This document shows, piece by piece, positions 8,992 to 17,033 of a stretch of 64,000 nucleotides of DNA (the first letter of the stretch is position 1; each line of letters starts with the position of its first letter). The DNA comes from an uncultured Flavobacteriaceae bacterium. GTDB taxonomy: Bacteria > Bacteroidota > Bacteroidia > Flavobacteriales > Flavobacteriaceae. The position numbers were made by a program, and so were the translations under genes. The notes under the pieces were generated by a model, which did not search any database, was not told the DNA's origin, and saw only the letters and a list, made by a program, of their open reading frames with translations. Where the stretch lies: contig CASIAE010000005.1 in assembly GCA_949372605.1 (NCBI GenBank), positions 10,009-74,008 of the forward strand. Direction: 5' to 3'.

Positions 8992-9687
8992 ATGCTCAAA
9001 ATCTCATTCTTATTGACCCTGTTTTTAACACTTAACTTTTCTCAAAAAAACATCCATGAAAGATGGGATAAACAGCTAAAAAAATTCGTTTCCGAAACCG
9101 GTAAAGTAAATTACAATAGTTGGAAAAATTCAATTTATGACGTTGAATCCTACCTTGAAGCTTTGAAAGATCATCCGCCACAAGAATTTTGGCCCAAAAA
9201 CGATATAATGGCTTATTGGATAAATGCTTACAATGTATTGACGGTACAATTGATCCTTCAAAACTATCCTTTAAAAAGCATAAAAGATCTTAAAGATCCA
9301 TGGGGTCGAAAGGTTATTGAAATAGAAGGCAAATCTTACAGTTTGGGTGATATAGAACATGAAGTGTTAAGAAAAATGAATGAACCAAGAATTCATTTCG
9401 CTATAAACTGTGCTTCGGTCTCTTGCCCAAAGCTTTTAAACGAGGCTTTTAATAGTTTGAAATTAGAGCAACAACTCAATCGCTTAACCTGTGATTTTTT
9501 ATCTGACAAATCCAAAAACCAACTTAATAGTAAAAAAACAATGCTTTCTAAAATTTTCATGTGGTATGTGAAAGACTTTGGTTCTTTTAATGATCGAGTT
9601 GATTTTTTTAAAAAATATGGAGATGATACTATTAATAAAGAAACAAGCTTTAGGTATTTACCCTATGATTGGAATTTAAATGAGTAA
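8992..9687 (+). CDS. DUF547 domain protein with signal peptide
   Basis: N-terminal MLKISFLLTLFLTLNFSQ signal-like segment and the hallmark HFAINCASVSCPKL motif. 12 nt after arsM, with an 8-nt overlap onto the next GT2. Confidence 0.75.
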   Translation: MLKISFLLTLFLTLNFSQKNIHERWDKQLKKFVSETGKVNYNSWKNSIYDVESYLEALKDHPPQEFWPKNDIMAYWINAYNVLTVQLILQNYPLKSIKDLKDPWGRKVIEIEGKSYSLGDIEHEVLRKMNEPRIHFAINCASVSCPKLLNEAFNSLKLEQQLNRLTCDFLSDKSKNQLNSKKTMLSKIFMWYVKDFGSFNDRVDFFKKYGDDTINKETSFRYLPYDWNLNE

Positions 9688-10363
9688 ACATCTTTCCATT
9701 ATTGTTCCAGTGTATAATGAAAGCAAGTGTATTCTTCCTTTTTTAAAACATATAAAAACCCAAGCCTCAGTAAAACACGAAATAATTGTTGTAGACGGAG
9801 AAAGTATTGACGAGAGTGTTTCTTTAATAAAAAGTCAAAAAAAAATTATCGTAATTCAAGCTAAAAAAGGACGTGCAATACAACTAAATGAGGGTGCTAA
9901 TTGTGCAAAAAATGAATGGCTTTTCTTTGTTCATGCTGACACAATACTACCGTATCATTTTGATCGATTATTGCTTGAAAACTTGAAAAACAAAAAAACA
10001 GCAAGGTGTTTTTCATTAACCTTTGATCTTGATCACTTTTTGTTAAAAATTGCAGCACTCGGAAGCCGTCTAAATATTGCTTGGTGTCGAGGAGGTGACC
10101 AGACGCTGATGGTTCACAAAGATTTATTCAGTGATCTAGGGGGATTTGATGAACATTATAACATCGCTGAAGATTTACTTTTATGCAGAAAGATTTATCG
10201 CCATGGTAACTTTGAAATTTTACCGAAATCTGTAATTACCTCTGGAAGAAAATTTTTAAAAAATGGAGTTTTCAAAACTCAACTAAGACATATAATTGTA
10301 AGAATAATGATTTTTTCAGGATTTAATTCAAATGTGGTAAATTCATGTTTTAAAAAATGGTAG
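9680..10363 (+). CDS. Family 2 glycosyltransferase, TIGR04283-type (arsenosugar-associated)
   Basis: SIIVPVYNE and IIVVDGESIDES GT-A motifs, plus FVHADT. Last gene of the tightly coupled operon. Confidence 0.75.
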   Translation: MSKHLSIIVPVYNESKCILPFLKHIKTQASVKHEIIVVDGESIDESVSLIKSQKKIIVIQAKKGRAIQLNEGANCAKNEWLFFVHADTILPYHFDRLLLENLKNKKTARCFSLTFDLDHFLLKIAALGSRLNIAWCRGGDQTLMVHKDLFSDLGGFDEHYNIAEDLLLCRKIYRHGNFEILPKSVITSGRKFLKNGVFKTQLRHIIVRIMIFSGFNSNVVNSCFKKW

Positions 10364-10494
10364 GTAACCTTTAGTTATTTAAACAAATTAAATCGTTTCA
10401 TAAATATAACCTATGTGCCTAAAAATAGATTCACAAGCATAGTTTTGCGGGAAAAAAACTAAATTTATATCAATTAATTTACTTAAATTTTTAC

Positions 10495-10899
10495 ATGATA
10501 AAAGATATCTTAAGATATAGTTTTATATCATCTCTTACAGCGCTATTCTGCTGTGTAGCCCCCTCTATTCTTTTTCTTCTAGGATTAGGTTCTGCAAGCT
10601 TTGCTTTTAGCTTCGCAGATGCGTTTTATAACATCGACGAAGATGGTGCTCCAAATATTTATTCTTGGTTTATTCGTGTGATTGGGATATTAATTATTCT
10701 TTTTGGAATTAAACAGTATAATAAAAAAGAATCTTGTAGTCTTAACTCACCTAGACAAAAGAAAATAAATAAGTTCATTTTCGGGTTAATATTAATCCTT
10801 TTTACATCATTACTATATTACGCTTGGCATTTTGGAAGCTCTTGGTTATTTGAGAATTATATTGACCCAGCTAGACAAAAAGAATATCTTGTTAAATAA
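10495..10899 (+). CDS. Small 3-TM membrane protein with a MerF/MerT-like di-cysteine in TM1
   Basis: LTALFCCVAPSILFLLGLG resembles the MerF TM1 sequence LVALCCFTPVLVILLG. TM2 is followed by a basic stretch and a Cys (KQYNKKESCS). 18 nt upstream of the next GT2. Confidence 0.6.
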   Translation: MIKDILRYSFISSLTALFCCVAPSILFLLGLGSASFAFSFADAFYNIDEDGAPNIYSWFIRVIGILIILFGIKQYNKKESCSLNSPRQKKINKFIFGLILILFTSLLYYAWHFGSSWLFENYIDPARQKEYLVK

Positions 10900-10917
10900 C
10901 AAGTCTAATCTAATAAT

Positions 10918-11616
10918 ATGCAGAAAATAGGAGTTATTATTCCGGCTTATAACGAGGCACTATCAATTAAAAAAGTAATAAACAAAATTCCTTCATTAGC
11001 TGACGAAATACTAGTAATTAATAATGGATCCACCGATGAAACTCAAATCAAAGCAATTTCTGCTGGGGCAACCGTGTTGAATGAACCTAGAAAGGGATAT
11101 GGTCACGCCTGTCTTTGCGGAATTAATTACTTCAACAACTTAACAAAACCTCCAGAAATTATCGTTTTTTTAGATGGTGACTATTCTGACTACCCTGAAG
11201 ATTTAAATGAAATAATAAAACCTATTTTAGAAGATCAGATAGATTTTGTAGTAGGTTCTCGTGTGAAAAGCAAAAGAGAAAGAGGATCAATGACACCTCA
11301 GCAAATTTTCGGAAATGAACTCGCAAGTGTATTGATAAGAATACTCTATGGTGGAAAATTTAGTGATTTAGGGCCTTTTCGCGCAATCAAACTAGAGGTA
11401 CTAAATAAGCTAGAAATGCAGGACAAAACTTATGGTTGGACGGTAGAAATGCAGCTAAAAATATTGGGGAATAAGTTTTCTTATTGTGAAGTCCCTGTTC
11501 GCTATAAAAAAAGAATCGGAAAATCAAAAGTCTCTGGAACTCTTGTAGGAACGGTCATGGCTTCTATTAAGATATTAGGATGGATTTTTAAATACTACTT
11601 TAAAAATGGAAAATAA
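10918..11616 (+). CDS. Family 2 glycosyltransferase (DPM1/GtrB-like polyprenyl-phosphate glycosyltransferase candidate)
   Basis: GVIIPAYNE and FLDGDYSD (DxD) motifs. Soluble GT-A domain of about 230 aa. Confidence 0.8.
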   Translation: MQKIGVIIPAYNEALSIKKVINKIPSLADEILVINNGSTDETQIKAISAGATVLNEPRKGYGHACLCGINYFNNLTKPPEIIVFLDGDYSDYPEDLNEIIKPILEDQIDFVVGSRVKSKRERGSMTPQQIFGNELASVLIRILYGGKFSDLGPFRAIKLEVLNKLEMQDKTYGWTVEMQLKILGNKFSYCEVPVRYKKRIGKSKVSGTLVGTVMASIKILGWIFKYYFKNGK

Positions 11617-13120
11617 TATCGAACAGTTCTCTTATTTACTTGCGATTGTTTTAATTATTATTTACAGCTTTTCGTTGTTTTTTATATTCCTTTACAGCCT
11701 ATCCCAATTGTATCTACTTAGAAACTATCTCAATTTTCAAAAGATAAAAAAAGAACTAGATCCTCCAAAAAAAATCCCTTGGGAACAACTTCCTAAGGTT
11801 ACTATTCAGCTCCCTGTTTTCAACGAAGTCTATGTGATGGAGCAGCTTTTAACAAACATTAGCGAACTTAATTACCCTAAAGAAAGATTAGAAATTCAGG
11901 TATTAGATGATTCTGATGATGAATCTGTTCCGTTAACAGATGCATTAATCTCAAAAATAAAAGAAAAGGGAATTGACATCATTCATTTAAGGCGAAAAAT
12001 CAGAACTGGTTTTAAAGCGGGTGCTTTAAAAGAAGGGCTAAAAAGTGCAAAAGGCACATTTATTGCAATTTTTGATGCTGACTTTCTACCCGAAAAAGAT
12101 TGGTTGTTGAATACAACACCTCATTTTCAAGATGAAAAAATTGGGGTAGTCCAAACTCGCTGGGGCCATCAAAATAGAAATTATTCAATATTGACTAGTG
12201 TTCAAGCCTTTGCACTAGACGCCCATTTTACTTTGGAACAAATTGGCCGTAACAGTCAGAATCATTTTATAAACTTTAATGGTACTGCTGGTATTTTGAG
12301 GAAAGAATGTATCATCGATTCCGGTAATTGGCAGGCGGATACACTAACTGAAGATCTAGACTTGAGTTACCGAGCACAGCTTCGTGGATGGAAATTTAAA
12401 TACTTAGAGGACATCATCACCCCTGCTGAACTGCCAGTTCTAATTAGTGCTGCTCGTTCACAACAATATCGATGGAACAAAGGAGGTGCCGAAACTTTTC
12501 AGAAAATGATTAAAAAAGTTTTACATTCTAAAAAAACTCCGCTTAAAACAAAACTTTATGCTTTAATGCATCTTTTAAACAGCACCATGTTTTTAAATGT
12601 TTTTATCCTAGCCATCCTAAGCATACCAATGCTTTACATAAAATACAGGTGGAGTGATTTAGGCTTGTATTTTAATCTCTTTTCAATGTTTGTTATAAGC
12701 ACATTAATTTTCTTTGTGTGTTACTGGCAAATACACAAACGGATTTACAGTAGTGGTTTTTTAAGTTTCATAAAATACATTCAAAGTTTCGTTGTTTTCT
12801 TAACACTCGCTTTGGGTTTTTCATTTCACAATTCGATTGCAGTACTTCAAGGTCATTTAGGTAAAAAAACCCCCTTTGTTAGAACTCCAAAATTCAATAA
12901 AAAATCTTTTAAAGAAACCTTACTAAAAAATAAATATAATAATCGTAAAATCTCAAAAAACACCTTAGTGGAAGGCCTTTTAGTGATTTATTTTTTATTT
13001 GGAATGTACAGTGCTTTCACCGTGGGTAAAGAAGGAGATTTTGGGTTATTCCCATTCCACCTGATGTTGTTTTGTGGCTTTGGCTATGTGTCATTACGAT
13101 CACTTATTGAAGGAAAATGA
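11606..13120 (+). CDS. Membrane-embedded processive-type family 2 glycosyltransferase (cellulose synthase/CslA/glucosyl-DAG synthase-like)
   Basis: D,D,D,QxxRW signature: VLDDSDD, FDADF, LTEDLDLS, QQYRWNKG. An N-terminal TM helix and several C-terminal TM helices. Confidence 0.8.
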   Translation: MENNIEQFSYLLAIVLIIIYSFSLFFIFLYSLSQLYLLRNYLNFQKIKKELDPPKKIPWEQLPKVTIQLPVFNEVYVMEQLLTNISELNYPKERLEIQVLDDSDDESVPLTDALISKIKEKGIDIIHLRRKIRTGFKAGALKEGLKSAKGTFIAIFDADFLPEKDWLLNTTPHFQDEKIGVVQTRWGHQNRNYSILTSVQAFALDAHFTLEQIGRNSQNHFINFNGTAGILRKECIIDSGNWQADTLTEDLDLSYRAQLRGWKFKYLEDIITPAELPVLISAARSQQYRWNKGGAETFQKMIKKVLHSKKTPLKTKLYALMHLLNSTMFLNVFILAILSIPMLYIKYRWSDLGLYFNLFSMFVISTLIFFVCYWQIHKRIYSSGFLSFIKYIQSFVVFLTLALGFSFHNSIAVLQGHLGKKTPFVRTPKFNKKSFKETLLKNKYNNRKISKNTLVEGLLVIYFLFGMYSAFTVGKEGDFGLFPFHLMLFCGFGYVSLRSLIEGK

Positions 13121-13494
13121 GCCGTAATAAATTAACATCTTATGGCTGCATAATCATCGGATTAATCTGTTATGCATACCAAGGGTATTTCATCGAAAGG
13201 TCCTCTCATCTAGAGTTGATCTCCTCTTTCGTCCTAATGTTCCTGTCCTATTTGTGGCTCCAAAAAACAAAAGAAATTAGATGGAAGGAGATTTTATGGA
13301 TCGGGATTGGTTTTCGCCTAATCTTACTTTTTTCTACCCCTTGGCTTTCTCAAGATTTTTGTAGATTTTTTTGGGATGGTGAAATTCAGCTCTTAGGTTT
13401 TAATCCCTATGAGTTTTCGCCTAATGAACTACTCTCTTCTGATCAAAAGTCTTTATTTTCAAAAACACTGTATGATGAGAATGGGAGAACTTGA
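13117..13494 (+). CDS. N-terminal fragment of a polytopic membrane protein (GT-C/DUF2029-like mannosyltransferase candidate)
   Basis: TM helices plus WLSQDFCRFFWDGEIQLLGFNPY. ATGA-coupled to the upstream GT2. Ends at TGA 13492-13494, only 4 nt into the next ORF. Confidence 0.55.
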   Translation: MSRNKLTSYGCIIIGLICYAYQGYFIERSSHLELISSFVLMFLSYLWLQKTKEIRWKEILWIGIGFRLILLFSTPWLSQDFCRFFWDGEIQLLGFNPYEFSPNELLSSDQKSLFSKTLYDENGRT

Positions 13495-14450
13495 GTCAAT
13501 CTAATTACTCCAATTATCCCCCAGTGAGTCAATGGCTTTTTACTGTTTTGGCATTTGTAAGTAATGGGAAGTTATTTCCCATGATTATAGGACTCCGGCT
13601 CGTTCATATTGTTGCCGATGTTGGATTGTTTTTTATTGGAACAAAACTGTTAAAAAAATTAAAACTTCCTAAGAAAAACATCGGATGGTATTTCTTAAAT
13701 CCATTGGTCATCGTTGAGCTGATCGGTAATTTACATGGTGAAGGTCTGATGTTGCTTTTTCTTCTTTTTGCGGTGTTTATGCTAACTGAGAATCGGCTGC
13801 TCATTGCTGGTATTTTCATGGCGATGGGTGTCGGTGCAAAATTAATTCCACTTTTCTTTTTATTGATTTTAATCTACCCTCAGAAATGGAAAGATCGTTT
13901 TTGTTTTCTTGGAAGTGTTGGCTTCTCCTCTCTGGTGATTTGGGGGCCCTATTTGTCGGTTTTAATGGGAGGGAATTACTGGGTAACCATAAGGCTTTGG
14001 TTTGATACTTTTGAATTTAACGGCAGTATTTACAACTTAATCCGATCCGTGGGCTATCAAATCAGAGGTTATAATGTCATTAAAATAATTGGAAAGTTTA
14101 CGCCTTTCGTTGTAATGGGAATGGTGTTTGTTTTTTCTGTTGTAAAGAAAAACGACACCCTGTCAAGACGTTTTAAAAGCATGTTGTTTCTCATCACCGC
14201 CTATCTGTTTATAAGCACAACCGTCCACCCATGGTATGTGATCACTCCTTTACTATTTGGTGTTTTCACAAACTATCGATTTGCATTGTTATGGACGGCA
14301 ACAGTCACCTTAAGCTATACCAGCTACGGAATACATGAGGTTTATACGAGTCCACTAATCTTATTTCTAGAATACTTACCCGTTTATCTGCTCTTAATTT
14401 TAGAGGTAAGTGGAAAAGACAATCGCATCAAAGCATTTGTAAGAAGTTAA
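13491..14450 (+). CDS. C-terminal part of the same polytopic membrane protein (apparent frameshift split)
   Basis: Begins at TTG 13491 with no ATG for 30 codons. SNYPPVSQW is followed by at least 8 hydrophobic helices. This frame opens only at 13479. Confidence 0.55.
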   Translation: MSQSNYSNYPPVSQWLFTVLAFVSNGKLFPMIIGLRLVHIVADVGLFFIGTKLLKKLKLPKKNIGWYFLNPLVIVELIGNLHGEGLMLLFLLFAVFMLTENRLLIAGIFMAMGVGAKLIPLFFLLILIYPQKWKDRFCFLGSVGFSSLVIWGPYLSVLMGGNYWVTIRLWFDTFEFNGSIYNLIRSVGYQIRGYNVIKIIGKFTPFVVMGMVFVFSVVKKNDTLSRRFKSMLFLITAYLFISTTVHPWYVITPLLFGVFTNYRFALLWTATVTLSYTSYGIHEVYTSPLILFLEYLPVYLLLILEVSGKDNRIKAFVRS

Positions 14451-15192
14451 CTTCTTTGAGGGTAAGTTTCCTCCAATTACCTCTAGGTAAATCCTTTTTT
14501 GTTAAACCAGCAAAAAGCATCCTGTCCATTTGTAAAACTTCAAATTCTAATTTTTCTAACATCTTAGTTAATGTACCTGGAGTCAAATTATAAGCTTCTA
14601 TTCCAATTTCACGCTTGGTTCCACCTTTTTTGTACTCAACATCTTTAACTTGATATACAAAACCCCTAAGACCAATTCCGCTTTTAAGCATCTCTATTTT
14701 GGCAGCACTTATGCTTTTATCCAAAACAACCTGATAAACCATTGCGGTTTTCTTTTGAGCATTATTAAGCTTTTTCCTCAGAGCGTCGTCATTAGTAAAA
14801 AACAATAAACCTGTAATTGGTCTGCCCATATCCCCAATCGGTGAGACATTTTCTGGGTGTGCATTACGAATTAAATCTTGAACAGACTTCTTAACAACTC
14901 CACCTTGAGCCGTTGCAACAAAGCCTTTTGGTTTATTGAGTAAAAGATAAATTGGTTCACTTGCTCTTACTCGTTGTCCATCATATTTAACCTCATCACC
15001 TGGGTTTACTTGGTACCCCATTTCTGTGACAATTTTCCCATTGACCGAAACCAGCCCCATTGCAATATGCTGATCGGCTTCTCTACGAGAACAAAGTCCT
15101 GCATTGGAAAGGTATTTATTCAGTCTTTTAACTGTTTTACCTCCTCGGTTTAAATTGTCGCTATCTGACTTCTTTTTTGGATTATATCGCAC
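14428..15192 (-). CDS. S4-domain pseudouridine synthase homolog (RsuA/RluB family) lacking the catalytic Asp
   Basis: S4 motif LNKYLSNAGLCSRREAD and LLLNKPKGFV. The catalytic loop reads PIGDMGRPITGLLFFTNDD where the family has GR(L/M)DxxTxGLL. GTG start. Confidence 0.75.
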   Translation of the reverse strand: MRYNPKKKSDSDNLNRGGKTVKRLNKYLSNAGLCSRREADQHIAMGLVSVNGKIVTEMGYQVNPGDEVKYDGQRVRASEPIYLLLNKPKGFVATAQGGVVKKSVQDLIRNAHPENVSPIGDMGRPITGLLFFTNDDALRKKLNNAQKKTAMVYQVVLDKSISAAKIEMLKSGIGLRGFVYQVKDVEYKKGGTKREIGIEAYNLTPGTLTKMLEKLEFEVLQMDRMLFAGLTKKDLPRGNWRKLTLKEVNFLQML

Positions 15193-15204
15193 GTTGAGAA
15201 TTTA

Positions 15205-16086
15205 TTATTTGTACATGAAATAGATGCCTATGACTCCTAAAAAAATTAAAACCTTAAGCAAATTATGAATCCAAAGATACATCTTTTGAGTCGATCCTTT
15301 CCAGAGTAACACAAGAACAAAAAGCATATACGGAATTGAGAAGTAGAAGTAATAAGTCATCAATCCTAAGTGGCTTTGAATCAAAAGATAAATCGGAATA
15401 GAATTTAAAAAAATCAAGGCTGAAACTATTGTTTTTGTTTTAAGATTACCAAATACAATTGGTAGGGTTTGATAGCTCTGCACCCAGTCTCCCTTATAGT
15501 TTTGAAGATCCTTTACGATGTCACGAATTAAAATCAATAAAAATAAAAAACTCGCATGATAGATTACAACGGATTCGAAATTTTTAAAATAAATAGTAAC
15601 TGCAAAAAAAGGAATAATCGCCAAAAGTGTAGCAAAAAGATTACTGATCCAAAAAAGACGTTTTAAGCTACTGCTATATATCCATATACCAAAAATGTAT
15701 ACAGTAAAGAATAAAATTGCCTTAAAAGAAGCTGCACCAGCAATAATTAATGTAGCTCCGTTGAGAAGAAAGTACAAGACTAGCTGACTTTGCTGAGACA
15801 ACAAGTGTTCTAATAAGAATTTTTTTGGTCTATTGATTTTATCTTTTTCAGCATCATAAAAATTATTTATAATATAACCGGCAGCTGTTGAAAAGGCAGT
15901 CGCTAAGACCAAATAAAAAAGTTTAAGATTGAAAAGAATTTCATAAAATGTACTCGAGGGGGCAAGGATATAACGTGAGGTCAGGTATTGAGCAAGGATC
16001 AATACAACAATATTGTATCCCCTTACCAAACTAAATAATCCGAATATTTTGATTGCTAATCGCTGATGTGATCTAGAGACTGGCAT
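15205..16086 (-). CDS. UbiA-superfamily prenyltransferase (DGGGP-synthase-like)
   Basis: NNFYDAEKDKIN (NxxxDxxxD) motif and about 8-9 TM helices. Directly downstream of the mevalonate genes. Confidence 0.85.
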   Translation of the reverse strand: MPVSRSHQRLAIKIFGLFSLVRGYNIVVLILAQYLTSRYILAPSSTFYEILFNLKLFYLVLATAFSTAAGYIINNFYDAEKDKINRPKKFLLEHLLSQQSQLVLYFLLNGATLIIAGAASFKAILFFTVYIFGIWIYSSSLKRLFWISNLFATLLAIIPFFAVTIYFKNFESVVIYHASFLFLLILIRDIVKDLQNYKGDWVQSYQTLPIVFGNLKTKTIVSALIFLNSIPIYLLIQSHLGLMTYYFYFSIPYMLFVLVLLWKGSTQKMYLWIHNLLKVLIFLGVIGIYFMYK

Positions 16087-16094
16087 GAAAGGCT

Positions 16095-17024
16095 TTAAAA
16101 GTGATAAACCACTTCCAAACGATGTCCTTCAAGCTCCTTCGATGCAGCTTCAAAGTCTTCTGTAAATCCTAGCATATAGCCTCCGCCTCCCGACCCACAT
16201 AGCTTAAGATAATATGCATTTGAGTCAATTCCCTTTTTCCAAAGCTCATGAAAATGATTTGGAATCATCGGTTTGAAATTATTAAGCACTAAAGAAGATA
16301 AAGATTTAATATTTTTAAATAGTGACTTGATATTTGCATTCAAAAAATCTTCAACACAACGGTCCGTAGTCGTGGTAAATTGATCTCGCATCATTTTACT
16401 AAAACCTTCGTCTTTCATGTTTTCAAAAAACAAGGAGACCATTGGCGCCGTTTCTCCAAAAACACCAGTATCTAGTAAAAAAACGGCACCTTTTCCTTCT
16501 AGGTTTTGAGAGGGAATCCCCGTTGTTTCAATCTTTTCGCTAGAATGAATCAATAAAGGCAAACTTAAGTAACTATTTAAAGGATCTAAACCGGAGGATT
16601 TTCCGTGAAAAAACGATTCCATAGTTGAAAATACAACTTTAAGCTTTTGAAGTTTCTCAGTAGTCAAGTTTTCCAGAACAGTAATTTTGTCAGCAGCATA
16701 ACGGTCATAAAAAGCAGCAACAAGTGCCCCGCTACTTCCTACTCCATACCCTTGGGGTATACTACTGTCAAAAAATAATTTTTGGGATAAATCTTTTTCA
16801 ATACTCATCCAATCAAAAGAAACTATTTTGGTGTCTATTTTGCTAAGATAGTTAGCAAAAGAAATGAGTTTTGAATGAGATTTTTTTGTTATTTCTGATT
16901 CAGAATGTGGAATTTTTAAAGCTCCTCTGAAAAAATTATAAGGTATTGAAAGTCCTTTTGAATCCTTAATAATTCCGTATTCTCCAAAAAGTAAAATTTT
17001 AGCGTAAAAAAGTGGACCTTTCAT
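16095..17024 (-). CDS. GHMP kinase, probable mevalonate kinase
   Basis: AKILLFGEYGII N-terminal motif, GYGVGSSGALVAA GHMP motif and GSGGGGY. Adjacent to diphosphomevalonate decarboxylase. Confidence 0.7.
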   Translation of the reverse strand: MKGPLFYAKILLFGEYGIIKDSKGLSIPYNFFRGALKIPHSESEITKKSHSKLISFANYLSKIDTKIVSFDWMSIEKDLSQKLFFDSSIPQGYGVGSSGALVAAFYDRYAADKITVLENLTTEKLQKLKVVFSTMESFFHGKSSGLDPLNSYLSLPLLIHSSEKIETTGIPSQNLEGKGAVFLLDTGVFGETAPMVSLFFENMKDEGFSKMMRDQFTTTTDRCVEDFLNANIKSLFKNIKSLSSLVLNNFKPMIPNHFHELWKKGIDSNAYYLKLCGSGGGGYMLGFTEDFEAASKELEGHRLEVVYHF

Positions 17025-17033
17025 GAATCTAAA

